DNA of 64,000 bases from Candidatus Sericytochromatia bacterium (GCA_964229355.1 CAXRDE010000016.1:83732-147731); one strand, 5' to 3'; numbered from the stretch's first letter, positions 47,476-56,127 are shown. Made by a program: numbers and translations. Notes: generated by a model not told the origin, from the letters alone.

Positions 47476-48539
47476 TCTTTATCAATTAAGGTATCAAAGG
47501 CAAAGGGTTGGTGTTCAGGCGGTGGTTCCTGGGCAAGACGGGGAAGAATATCTGTTAAATCTTCCTGGGGCGATGTGAGGTAATGTACCCGCGCAAAGGA
47601 GCCCAGCATTTCTCGACATATCGGCAGATCAGAGGTGATCAAAGGGATTCCATAGCTCGCTAGCTCACACATCATCACGCCCTGAGCGTCCAATCGCGTT
47701 GGCATGACTGCGCATCGATAGTTGGGGAGTAAAGCAACCATTTCCTGGGGGGTGAGAAAGCGATTAAACCACACCACGTTGCGGGGTGCCAAATAATGAT
47801 GGAAATAATTTCCCTCTCCAAAAATATGAAAACGCAGATTGGGGTTTGCACGCGCCAAAGCACATACCTGATCAATCGCATATTTGGCTTTATCTAAAGG
47901 ACGAATCGTAATGCAATCAGCACTCGGGAGTTCTCTGGGTTGCCATGTGTGCTTTAAGAATGCTGGGTTTACTGCGTTGGGGATGATATGGGAATACTCG
48001 TTGATCCATTTTGCATTGGGCTTAACATTTTCTAAAAAGGCGTTTTGCATCCATTCACTCACAAAGACAAGTTGCAGGCGCCCCTTTTGTAACCACTTGT
48101 TAAGCATGACGCGTAAAACACGAAGTTTAAACACGTCATAAGCGTTGTCTATAAGTCGCCAGGTGCGATTTTTTTTGATGTCATAAGGATACGGCTCAGG
48201 ATAGTAATTTTGTTTATACAAAACCTCATGCCCATGAATGAAAAAAAACCATCGCTCAAATCTTTCACCGTATTTTTGCAAAAACCTTATATGGTTTCTA
48301 AGGTTAGGCGCATGGGCAATGACGACATCATAATGTTTTGTTTCCTGTCGCCACGTTTGTTCTGTGATAACGGGAATGTTTTCATAAAGATAGTCTTTCT
48401 GTGCGCTAAAATTGAGAACGTAGACTTCAATTCCTCGTTCAATATATCCAAGTAAGCGCGTATGGACGTAAGCCATGTTATAAAGCGCGTTAGGGCTTGG
48501 ATACCCTTGTGTTAAGACCAAAACACGTGATGATGTCAT
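47436..48539 (-). CDS. GT4-family glycosyltransferase
   Basis: GT-B layout. C-terminal ...VMPTRLDAQGVMMCELASYGIPLITSD resembles the GT4 E-x7-E region. ATG at 48539 (MTSSRVLVL) preferred over the TTG at 48563. Confidence 0.7.
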   Translation of the reverse strand: MTSSRVLVLTQGYPSPNALYNMAYVHTRLLGYIERGIEVYVLNFSAQKDYLYENIPVITEQTWRQETKHYDVVIAHAPNLRNHIRFLQKYGERFERWFFFIHGHEVLYKQNYYPEPYPYDIKKNRTWRLIDNAYDVFKLRVLRVMLNKWLQKGRLQLVFVSEWMQNAFLENVKPNAKWINEYSHIIPNAVNPAFLKHTWQPRELPSADCITIRPLDKAKYAIDQVCALARANPNLRFHIFGEGNYFHHYLAPRNVVWFNRFLTPQEMVALLPNYRCAVMPTRLDAQGVMMCELASYGIPLITSDLPICREMLGSFARVHYLTSPQEDLTDILPRLAQEPPPEHQPFAFDTLIDKECGLIQSRSEQTP

Positions 48540-48561
48540 AGCTACTATTGTAGCATTTTTC

Positions 48562-48598
48562 AATCAGGGATCACTTGTGCAAGAGGTGATCCCTGATT
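48562..48598 (-). other. 13-bp perfect stem-loop between the lipoprotein gene and the GT4 gene
   Basis: AATCAGGGATCAC, 11 nt, GTGATCCCTGATT. No T-tract on the transcribed strand, so it may be an attenuator or processing element. Confidence 0.45.
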
Positions 48599-48622
48599 GG
48601 AGAGCTTTTAAAAGAAACCGTC

Positions 48623-49345
48623 CTATAGATTCAGCCCCAGATCCAGACAGAGGGAAATGAGACCTCCACCCGGGCAGTCGTCCGAACCTGAGCTGCCTGA
48701 ACCCGAGCTGCCTGAACCCGAGCTACCTGAACCCGAGCTGCCTGAACCTGAGCTGCCTGAACCTGAGCTGCCTGAACCTGAGCTGCCTGAACCTGAGCTG
48801 CCTGAATTTTCTGACGTATTGTTTTCAGGGAACTGAAGCTCTACTCTAGAAGATACACCCTCGGGACCCACGGCTTCAAGGGCGATGGTGTATTGCGTCT
48901 CTTCTTCAAGCCCTGTGAGAGTGTAGTTAGGTAAAACAATATTTTCTTTCACGAGTTGGTTATCGAGATATAAACGGTAGGTGTGCGGGCTTGTTTCCTG
49001 GCTTTCCCAACCGAGCAGTATGCTACCTGTTGATTGAGAGAGTATGCGTAAGTTGACCGGGGCTTTTAGCGGTAAATTGCCAGAGTTTGATGAGTGACTT
49101 TCGGAGGATGTGGGACTTTGCGCAGCTGCGTTGCTCTGTATTGTATTTCTGTTGGCGTTCGATGAATTGTTTTGGGTCTGGGAAGCGTTGCTTTGGAGTC
49201 CCGGTGCTACCGAGTTATTTGGAAGATTACCCTGGCAGCTTTCAGGCTGCATAAGGCATGAGCTTGGGGTCCCGATGCCCGATTGACACGCTCCAAGTAC
49301 GCCACATATTAGAAGAGAGAGACTTACCTTTACCGTTTTCATCAT
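48623..49345 (-). CDS. Lipoprotein with FN3 domain and (SGSSG)8 repeat
   Basis: Lipobox LGAC. FN3-like PVNLRILSQSTGSILLGWESQ...YTLTGLEEETQYTIALEAVG. Ser/Gly repeat, then the tail DDCPGGGLISLCLDLGLNL. Confidence 0.75.
   Translation of the reverse strand: MMKTVKVSLSLLICGVLGACQSGIGTPSSCLMQPESCQGNLPNNSVAPGLQSNASQTQNNSSNANRNTIQSNAAAQSPTSSESHSSNSGNLPLKAPVNLRILSQSTGSILLGWESQETSPHTYRLYLDNQLVKENIVLPNYTLTGLEEETQYTIALEAVGPEGVSSRVELQFPENNTSENSGSSGSGSSGSGSSGSGSSGSGSSGSGSSGSGSSGSGSSGSDDCPGGGLISLCLDLGLNL
48684..48803 (-). repeat. Eight tandem 15-bp units encoding (SGSSG)n
   Basis: gaacc(t/c)gagct(g/a)cct repeated 8 times in frame. Only synonymous third-position differences between copies. Confidence 0.9.
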
Positions 49346-49570
49346 CGCTATTGTCCTTTGTTGTTTTCTTTACTCTTTGAAATTAACATTTTTAATAAGT
49401 ATTTGTAACGGTTAAAATATAAATATGAGATTAAAATAGCAAAAATTGCTTTTATTATATTTCTAATTGCTTTTGTGTGTTTTAATTGTGTTTTTTTAGT
49501 GTTGTTTTTTGATTAAGCGTGGATGCACGGCGAGAGCACGGGTGCTTGTGAGTTGTTTGTGTTTTTAAAA

Positions 49571-49634
49571 TGTCGTCAATGTCGTTAATGTCGTTATTTT
49601 TTCAAAAAGTCGTCGTTTACATTAATTGTCGTCT
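49571..49634 (+). promoter_or_regulatory. GTCGT direct-repeat array in AT-rich region upstream of the HTH-FlhAc gene
   Basis: TGTCGTCAA TGTCGTTAA TGTCGTTAT as three contiguous 9-bp repeats at 49571..49597. Further GTCGT cores at 49609 and 49628. They lie 40-100 nt upstream of the ATG at 49674. Confidence 0.4.
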
Positions 49635-49673
49635 GGTTTAAGCTAAGGGCACCCTTAAGAAAGGCGTTTTGTT

Positions 49674-50813
49674 ATGACGATATCAATCTCTATTGTTCCT
49701 GAAAAATTTTATACCTCCGAGGAGGTCAGTGAGTTTTTGCGGCTCTCTTTGCGAACCGTGCAACGCTTGCTTGCCAATCGTTCGCTGAATGCTTACAAGA
49801 TACACGGTCAATACCGTATTAAAGGCTTAGATCTTCTCCGTTATTTAGACAGCACCCGTCAGGATGATCAGCCACCTGCGCCGCAAACCCCTGCCCGTTA
49901 TACCGAATTTTTGAATGTGCACCCTTTAACGTTGCGTGTGGGTCAAGGTTGGTTGCCGCTAATAGAGGCAACCCCTGATTCTGAGGTACCCCAGACCTTA
50001 ATGGATCGCTTACCCGCTTTACGCCAGGATGTGGTAAAGACTCTGGGGTTTGTGCTACCGGGTCTGCGTGTGGAAGATAACCTTTCCCTTGCAGAAAGCG
50101 ATTTTGAAATATTTTTACAGGGAGTCTCTGTGTTGAAATCGACAACGGTTTCGCTCGTTGAGCCGCAGCTTGCTCTGGACGCCCTGGTAGACAGTTTAAA
50201 GCGTGTGGTCTGTCGCCACGCCCATGAAATGCTTTCCCGTGATGATGTGGCGGTTATGGTTGAAATGATTCGTGAAAAGCGTCCTGTGGTGGTAGAAGAA
50301 GTGATGCGCACGGAGTTGAATCCGCAGGGGCTTACGCTGGGGCAGCTCACCCAGGTCTTGCGCTATTTGCTCAAAGAGAGCGTGTCCATTCAACATATGG
50401 GGCTCATTTTAGAGGGGCTTGCAGACCACTTAACAGAAATGCCTTTAGATGCCCCCGTAAACAGTCAGCTCGGTGAAGCCTTGCGCCAGTATTTGTGCCG
50501 TCAAATCAATGCACCTCTGGCCAATGCTGAGGGCATTATTGAGGTGTTAACCCTTGATCCAGATTTAGAGCAGTATCTGGAAGCCGGGGCTCAGGGAGGG
50601 CAGCCAGATGATGCTTTTTATACGGTGCTCAACGGTGTGCGTACACAGCTCAAGGAAGCGCCTGCTTCAGTCATTATTTGTAGTCTGCCATTGAGACGTT
50701 ATTTGTTCAGTGCTTTGTACCGTCATTATCCGCAGGTTACCGTCCTGTCTTATCAGGAGATCCATGAGGATTATCGGGTCAAGCCCTTACTGAGTTTGGT
50801 TAAAGGCGTGTGA
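49674..50813 (+). CDS. Excisionase/MerR-type HTH fused to an FlhA/SctV (FHIPEP) C-terminal cytoplasmic domain; no TM region
   Basis: HTH: FYTSEEVSEFLRLSLRTVQRLLANRSLNAYKIHGQYRI. FlhAc-like: LTLRVGQGWLPLIE...LPALRQDVVKTLGFVLPGLRVEDNLSLAESDFEIFLQGV; LGQLTQVLRYLLKESVSIQHMGLILEGLADH; VIICSLPLRRYLFSALYRHYPQVTVLSYQEI. These parallel Salmonella FlhA MEVGYRLIPMVD...IRKKFAQDMGFLPPVVHIRDN, LTTLHKVLQNLLAEKVPIRDMRTILETLAEH and LLVNHALRPLLSRFLRRSLPQLVVLSNLEL. Confidence 0.75.
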   Translation: MTISISIVPEKFYTSEEVSEFLRLSLRTVQRLLANRSLNAYKIHGQYRIKGLDLLRYLDSTRQDDQPPAPQTPARYTEFLNVHPLTLRVGQGWLPLIEATPDSEVPQTLMDRLPALRQDVVKTLGFVLPGLRVEDNLSLAESDFEIFLQGVSVLKSTTVSLVEPQLALDALVDSLKRVVCRHAHEMLSRDDVAVMVEMIREKRPVVVEEVMRTELNPQGLTLGQLTQVLRYLLKESVSIQHMGLILEGLADHLTEMPLDAPVNSQLGEALRQYLCRQINAPLANAEGIIEVLTLDPDLEQYLEAGAQGGQPDDAFYTVLNGVRTQLKEAPASVIICSLPLRRYLFSALYRHYPQVTVLSYQEIHEDYRVKPLLSLVKGV

Positions 50814-51490
50814 CAACATTGTGTAAAGACCTGGAGAGCACCCGGTTGTCCCCACCACTGTCCCTTGCCCATGAATGTGGGTGATGCCTTAAAGCAGCGT
50901 TTTAAGTCCTGACGGAGTGTGGGGGCAGGTGACCAGGTCAATTGAAAGGTGAAAGCATTGAGCAGTACGGGGGGGGGTATCTCGACTTCTTGAAAACCAA
51001 TAAAGCGCTGTAAGGTTGGATGCAGCGCTTTATAAATGCTTTCTTTAAAAGAAAACACGAGGGTTAAGTCCAGGGGGGTTTTTACCCATGTTTCGGCGGG
51101 ATGCAAAATTTGCGATCGGAGACGTTGTGCTTTGTCTTCGGACATGACCCTTTCAACGTCGATGCCAATACCGCCGTAGCGGCAGAGGGGAACCAGCGTG
51201 GCTACCGCCAGCGTCGAGCTATGACTAATAGAGCCCGTAAAGCCCTTTGGCCACTGCGGCGCACCATGCTGGGGGTGGCTCTCAGGGTGCATGGGCAAGT
51301 GATCCCAGTTCAGGCCATAACGTGAGTACAGGATCTGCGCACAGGCTCGTCCGGCCAGATAGCTTTGCTGTCGTTGTTGTACCGCCTGATGCAGATGAGG
51401 CGGTAAGATCAGCGGATAAACTAAGCCGTCGAGGGTTCTTTGTAAGGTGTCTAAGGGTAGAAAGACGCAGTCCATTGCAGGCCTTGCCAC
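50771..51490 (-). CDS. 4'-phosphopantetheinyl transferase (Sfp/EntD type)
   Basis: GGIGIDVERV and FSFKESIYKAL motifs. Confidence 0.75.
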   Translation of the reverse strand: MARPAMDCVFLPLDTLQRTLDGLVYPLILPPHLHQAVQQRQQSYLAGRACAQILYSRYGLNWDHLPMHPESHPQHGAPQWPKGFTGSISHSSTLAVATLVPLCRYGGIGIDVERVMSEDKAQRLRSQILHPAETWVKTPLDLTLVFSFKESIYKALHPTLQRFIGFQEVEIPPPVLLNAFTFQLTWSPAPTLRQDLKRCFKASPTFMGKGQWWGQPGALQVFTQCCHTPLTKLSKGLTR

Positions 51491-52443
51491 CCTTCTCGCA
51501 CCAGATCAGGATCTTGAATTCCTATGCCATACCGATAAAGATACAGGCAGGAATAGAGGGCCCGAAATTGTGCTTTGCGCTGTGTCTGTTCAGAAACCCT
51601 GCCATAAGCTTGCCAGAAATGTTCATGAAGGTGGGGGGGAATTGCACTGTAAACAATGGCTAAATCCGTTGCGATGTCTCCCTGGTGAGTATCTCCCCAG
51701 TCAATGAAGCCTGTTAAATGTCCTGTCGCATTTACGGTAAGATGCCGAATATAAAGGTCGCCATGCAGTAAAGCCAGGGGTTGTTCGCCCTCATTGGGCC
51801 GGGTAAGATCATGACTCAGGGCCGTGAGTAAGCGCTCAATGGCTGTTTCAGGGAGTTTTTGCTGCCGGCTATGGGCACTTTGACGCGCCAGTATCCGTTG
51901 CTCTTGAAACCAGGGCAAACGATAATCCAAGTCTGCGCGCTGAAGGGTGTCCCCAATCAGGCCTTCAGGAATGGGGTGTTGATGAAGGCGCCGTAAGGCT
52001 TTACCTAAGCTTATGGCCCAGTGCTTACGCCGGTCTGGTGGTACCTGTACCTGACAGGCGCTTTGTCCTGGAACCCAGGTGTATCCCATGAAAGGCCAGT
52101 CAAAATGCTGGTCTGCGATGGTGTCGGCCTGACCGTAAAAGCAGGGTTTTGGATAATCCAGGGGGAAGTCGCTTAAGGCGTTTAGGGTTTGTATTTCCTG
52201 GGTAAAAAGAGGCACTGCGCTCTGGCGTCGTGGAAAGCGAAACACCCAGGTGTGATTGATCCAAAAAACGGTGTTATCCCAGCCCGCTCCCAAATACTGG
52301 GCATTTACGGGTGCCAATTCAGGAAACTGTTTTTCGATGAGTGCACAGGCAAAAGCCCTGGTCATCGTGTATTCGGGTGACCAGGGCTGAGGGTTTGATG
52401 CGGGAGATTTAGAATCCGAGGGCGCCACGAATACTAATGCCAA
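51451..52443 (-). CDS. Aminoglycoside-phosphotransferase (APH)-fold kinase
   Basis: LLHGDLYIRHL (HGD catalytic loop) and FIDWGD (DxG-equivalent). Confidence 0.7.
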   Translation of the reverse strand: MALVFVAPSDSKSPASNPQPWSPEYTMTRAFACALIEKQFPELAPVNAQYLGAGWDNTVFWINHTWVFRFPRRQSAVPLFTQEIQTLNALSDFPLDYPKPCFYGQADTIADQHFDWPFMGYTWVPGQSACQVQVPPDRRKHWAISLGKALRRLHQHPIPEGLIGDTLQRADLDYRLPWFQEQRILARQSAHSRQQKLPETAIERLLTALSHDLTRPNEGEQPLALLHGDLYIRHLTVNATGHLTGFIDWGDTHQGDIATDLAIVYSAIPPHLHEHFWQAYGRVSEQTQRKAQFRALYSCLYLYRYGIGIQDPDLVREGWQGLQWTASFYP

Positions 52444-52984
52444 GGACTAAATTCGCTTTGACATACTCCCGTTTATTGACCAGACCGTCCAGGTTGCTGT
52501 CTAAGCGAGGATCGCGATTGGCCATATAGATGCGACCGACAGAGCCAATTTCAGCAATATTCAAATGACTATCTCGGCTTACATCTTTTTGATCAAAACT
52601 GGCTTCTAAGCGATCTTTACGGTATTTAGCATACTCTTTTAAATCGACTTTATTGTCGTAATTACGATCTGCGGCATCAAACTCAAAAGGGTTGAGGGTG
52701 GCCACAGTAAATTCGCCACGGTTCAAACTGCCGTCGAAGTTCAGATCTACCTGTTGAAATTCTCGCTCTACCAGATGATACATTTCGCCCATGCCCATGC
52801 TGTAAGAAATGTCGGACATCAGCTCACCCATGCCGTTGCCAAAGCGTTTAAAGAAGCCTGCTGAGAGTTCATCTTGTCCATAGGTTTCGGGCTGTTGGGG
52901 GGTCGTGGATTGAGGGGCTACAGGTGTGGAACCCGTGCTCTGGGGCATTAAGTTTCTTAAAAATGCGGGAGCTTCAATTTTCAT
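52409..52984 (-). CDS. EF-hand calcium-binding protein (4 loops)
   Basis: DLNFDGSLNRGEF, DRNYDNKVDLKEY, DVSRDSHLNIAEI, DSNLDGLVNKREY. Confidence 0.75.
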   Translation of the reverse strand: MKIEAPAFLRNLMPQSTGSTPVAPQSTTPQQPETYGQDELSAGFFKRFGNGMGELMSDISYSMGMGEMYHLVEREFQQVDLNFDGSLNRGEFTVATLNPFEFDAADRNYDNKVDLKEYAKYRKDRLEASFDQKDVSRDSHLNIAEIGSVGRIYMANRDPRLDSNLDGLVNKREYVKANLVLGISIRGALGF

Positions 52985-53103
52985 AACGACCTCTTTGTAC
53001 GCTTTGTTTTCTTAAGCTTATTATCTTATAAAACCGGAGAAAAGTTGCGTCTGAAAATTAAGTGGTGTTTTTTATAAGTTTAAAAAAAGTTTAAGCTTTA
53101 AGG

Positions 53104-53814
53104 CTAGAAGCCAGGAATGTACTCTGCAATGCCTTTTACATTCAGCAGGACGATTTCTTTTTTATCGAGTTGAATCAGACCTTGCTGCTTGAATCGGGTC
53201 AGGTTACGGACGGTGGTCTCGATGGTGGTGCCCAATAAGCTGGCCATTTCTTCACGACTTAAACGAATGGCCAGGTGAATGTGTCCATTAGCGTCGGTTT
53301 CGCCATAGCTCTCTTTAAAGGTAAGCAGCATTTCAGCCAGTCTTTCGGGCACCGATTTATAGGCCAAATCTCGGGCCCGGTTTTCAGCCTGCTTTAGATC
53401 ATTGCCCAACTGTTCCATCAATTGCATGGCAAATTGAGGATTGTCTTTCAGGGCTCTCATAAAGGGTTCGCGTTCAATAAAACAGATGGTGGCGGGTTCA
53501 ATGACTTCAGCGGTGGCCGAATAGGGTTCGTTGGTTAAAAAAGCGCGATAGCCCAGCAAGTCGCCTTCTGTGGCAATACGGGCAATATAGGTTTTGCCGT
53601 CAGGGGTATACTTCGTGAGTTTGACCTTGCCAGACTCAATGCAATAGACGCCATAAGGACGGTTATCTTCATAAAAGATGATTTGTCCCGCTTCATAGTG
53701 ACGGCCTGTTTTGCTAATATTAAACTCTTGTAGCGCTTCTTCAGGCAAGCAGGCCAAAGAGCTCATGCATAATGAACCGCAGGAGCCACAGTCTGGAATA
53801 TTTTTCTTTGACAC
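53104..53814 (-). CDS. fnr: FNR-type Crp/Fnr transcription regulator (Cys cluster)
   Basis: N-terminal CGSCGSLCMSSLAC, a cNMP-binding fold, and C-terminal HTH MASLLGTTIETTVRNLTRF. Adjacent to the cco cluster. Confidence 0.85.
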   Translation of the reverse strand: MSKKNIPDCGSCGSLCMSSLACLPEEALQEFNISKTGRHYEAGQIIFYEDNRPYGVYCIESGKVKLTKYTPDGKTYIARIATEGDLLGYRAFLTNEPYSATAEVIEPATICFIEREPFMRALKDNPQFAMQLMEQLGNDLKQAENRARDLAYKSVPERLAEMLLTFKESYGETDANGHIHLAIRLSREEMASLLGTTIETTVRNLTRFKQQGLIQLDKKEIVLLNVKGIAEYIPGF

Positions 53815-53910
53815 GATATCACCTCTGCAAGATACGTTTTTATCGTCTTGCTGGAAGCATTATACCGTGGCCCGTAGGTTATCTTCAACGCTTAGGATGA
53901 GGAGACTGTT

Positions 53911-54654
53911 TTAATGGCATTGAATTTCCTGGGTGAGGTCATGAAGATGTTCGGCCGTAATCGAGGCTTTGCTGTTGAGTTTGAGTCCGACGTTAAGTAA
54001 CGCCAGGCATACAAAGGTTAAAGCCACTCCTTTGCGGGTGAGCCCCTGATGTTGTCGTAACCAGCGGCTTAAAAAACCAGGCCCCCACCACAGGGCGGGT
54101 AAAGTACCCAACCAAAAGCTAAACAAAAAAGCGCCTCCTAGCCAAATATTACCCGTGAGCAGGGCTCCCAGAACAAAGCTATACAGCCATCCACAAGGCA
54201 TAAACACCGTCAAAAAACCCAGCAGACCCGAAGCCAGCGTCTTTTGTGATTGAGAAAGCTGGTGGCCAATGGCGCGTTCTAAAGGCCGCTTAAACCATGG
54301 GGGCAAAGGAATGTGTAAGGGGCGTCCTTGCCAAAACATCCAGGCCAGGGCTAAAAAACTTGCTGAAACGAGTAGGGCAGACACCCCAGAGAGCAATTGC
54401 TGGTAAGCCATAAGCCAGCTTCCGGCCAGACCCGCTAAGGTACCGATCAAAAGATACCCTGTCAGACGTCCCAGGTGATAGAAGGCATGATGCTTTTTCT
54501 GGGGAGGCAGGGCCATTACAATACCTCCGCACATGCCCACGCAATGTAAGCTGCCTAGCAGGCTTGCACCCACCACCAGAAAGGGGATCCAAAATTGTGC
54601 TTGTTGGGCAATCAGTTGTGGGTGTGCCCCAAAACTTTGTAAGGTGTTCCACAC
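53911..54654 (-). CDS. DsbD_2/TauE-like membrane protein commonly linked to cbb3 clusters
   Basis: SLHCVGMCGGI and FMPCGWLY motifs. About 6 TM. Confidence 0.7.
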   Translation of the reverse strand: MWNTLQSFGAHPQLIAQQAQFWIPFLVVGASLLGSLHCVGMCGGIVMALPPQKKHHAFYHLGRLTGYLLIGTLAGLAGSWLMAYQQLLSGVSALLVSASFLALAWMFWQGRPLHIPLPPWFKRPLERAIGHQLSQSQKTLASGLLGFLTVFMPCGWLYSFVLGALLTGNIWLGGAFLFSFWLGTLPALWWGPGFLSRWLRQHQGLTRKGVALTFVCLALLNVGLKLNSKASITAEHLHDLTQEIQCH

Positions 54655-54669
54655 GGCTTGGCTTCTCCT

Positions 54670-56127
54670 TTAATAGGGGCCCACAAGGGGCAATACTTGT
54701 GTTCCCACGTGTTGCCAACTGCCATCATCGGCCTGGCTTTGCAATTGAATGTCAATGCGTGCTGAGCCCTGGGTAAGCAAGGATTTTTTAAAGCGCAAGA
54801 AAAAGCCCTGATTTTTTTCTTCTCCGGCTTCTAAATGAATGGGGTTGGCTTGCGACACCACTTCAACGCCGTCAGGCACTACGAGTCGCAGTGCCCCCGC
54901 TTTAAAGGTATAGTTTGAAGCCACCACGTAGTAGCGATTGGTTAATACGGTTTCCTGGGCGGTTTGGCTGAGGACTTCATAGGGGGTGCCCTTGGCGTTA
55001 AATACGGTGGCTTTGACGGGAGGTCGGGTGAGTAACACATAACTCAAACCGGCCACGACGCCTGTGAGAGCCACACTCAGAATAATGACCCGTGCGCGAA
55101 ACAGGTTATACACGAGATAGGCGTATTTTTGTTTCCAGGAGCTGGGGGCTTCGTTTTCTACCGGGATGGTACGCTGTAAATCGTTATAAGAAGTGTAACG
55201 AATCAGGCCCCGCGGCTTGTGCACTCTGTCCATAATAGTGTCACAGGCATCAATGCAGGCCGTACAGGCCACACACTCCATTTGCACACCCCGGCGAATA
55301 TCGACGCCCGTGGGGCAAACCTGCACACATTGGTAACAATTAATGCAGTCTCCGGTTTCTCCTTGCTGCTCTTCTACACTGCCCCGGCGGGGTTCGCCTC
55401 TTTTGGCATCGTAACCCACCACCATGGAGTCCTCGTCCATGAGCACCGACTGAAAGCGTCCATAAGGGCACATAATGATACAAAACTGTTCACGGAACCA
55501 GCCAAAGGAAAAGAGCAGTACGCCGGTGATGAACATCATGCTGAAAAATGCCGTGGGGTGCTCTGACGGAGATGAAATCATCATCTTAGCCAGGGCGTCG
55601 GTACCAATAAAATAGGCCAGAAAAGCATGGGCCAATTGCCAGGAGATAAACGTAAAGACCAGCCATTTGGCTCCTTTTTTAAAGGTTTTCTCAACGGTCC
55701 AGGGACCGTCAGATAAGCGTTTTCTCTGGACAGCATTGCCTTCAATCCAACGCTCAATCTGACGGTAAAGCCGTTCCACAAAAACGGTTTCCGGGCAGGC
55801 CCAGCCACACCAGACCCTGCCCCATACTGCTGTGATTAAAGAAATCCCCAGGAAAACGCTTCCAAACACAAACACCAGCATGGGTGCATCGTGTGCCCAG
55901 AAGGTCATGCCTAAAATGGCAAACCGTCGGTGGGCAATATCTAGAAGTACAGCCGGGTGACCGTTGATTTGAATCCAGGGCAGTACCACAAACAGCGCCA
56001 TGAGAATCCATTGAAACATCATGCGTCGGCTGTGGTATTTTCCCCGAACATCGGCAGGAAACAGATAAACCCGTTTTCCTTTTTCATCGGTAGAGGCCAG
56101 TCTTTCCTGGGGTAATTCTTTAAGCAT
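54670..56127 (-). CDS. ccoG: cbb3 oxidase accessory protein CcoG/FixG (4Fe-4S ferredoxin)
   Basis: CINCYQCVQVCPTGVDIR and CVACTACIDACD clusters, with TM segments and a C-terminal Ig-like region. Confidence 0.85.
   Translation of the reverse strand: MLKELPQERLASTDEKGKRVYLFPADVRGKYHSRRMMFQWILMALFVVLPWIQINGHPAVLLDIAHRRFAILGMTFWAHDAPMLVFVFGSVFLGISLITAVWGRVWCGWACPETVFVERLYRQIERWIEGNAVQRKRLSDGPWTVEKTFKKGAKWLVFTFISWQLAHAFLAYFIGTDALAKMMISSPSEHPTAFFSMMFITGVLLFSFGWFREQFCIIMCPYGRFQSVLMDEDSMVVGYDAKRGEPRRGSVEEQQGETGDCINCYQCVQVCPTGVDIRRGVQMECVACTACIDACDTIMDRVHKPRGLIRYTSYNDLQRTIPVENEAPSSWKQKYAYLVYNLFRARVIILSVALTGVVAGLSYVLLTRPPVKATVFNAKGTPYEVLSQTAQETVLTNRYYVVASNYTFKAGALRLVVPDGVEVVSQANPIHLEAGEEKNQGFFLRFKKSLLTQGSARIDIQLQSQADDGSWQHVGTQVLPLVGPY

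Noticed and set aside
48684-48803. The regular 15-bp repeat array looked superficially like a mini CRISPR or VNTR locus.
   Set aside because: The units are contiguous with no spacers. They are in frame within a CDS, encode (SGSSG)8, and no cas genes are nearby. It is a coding tandem repeat.
49346-49673. Possible tRNA or small RNA gene, or insertion-sequence end, in the long AT-rich intergenic region.
   Set aside because: There is no cloverleaf-compatible GC-rich stems, no terminal inverted repeats, and no target duplication or transposase. It is better explained as a divergent promoter and regulatory region.
54290-54718. 142-aa minus-strand ORF overlapping the DsbD_2-like gene in another frame. 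Similar alternative-frame ORFs are 266..550, 14195..14602, 22881..23108 and 35653..35991.
   Set aside because: Each is nested out of frame inside a longer ORF that carries clear family motifs. Their composition is Arg/Pro/Ser-rich, typical of off-frame translation.
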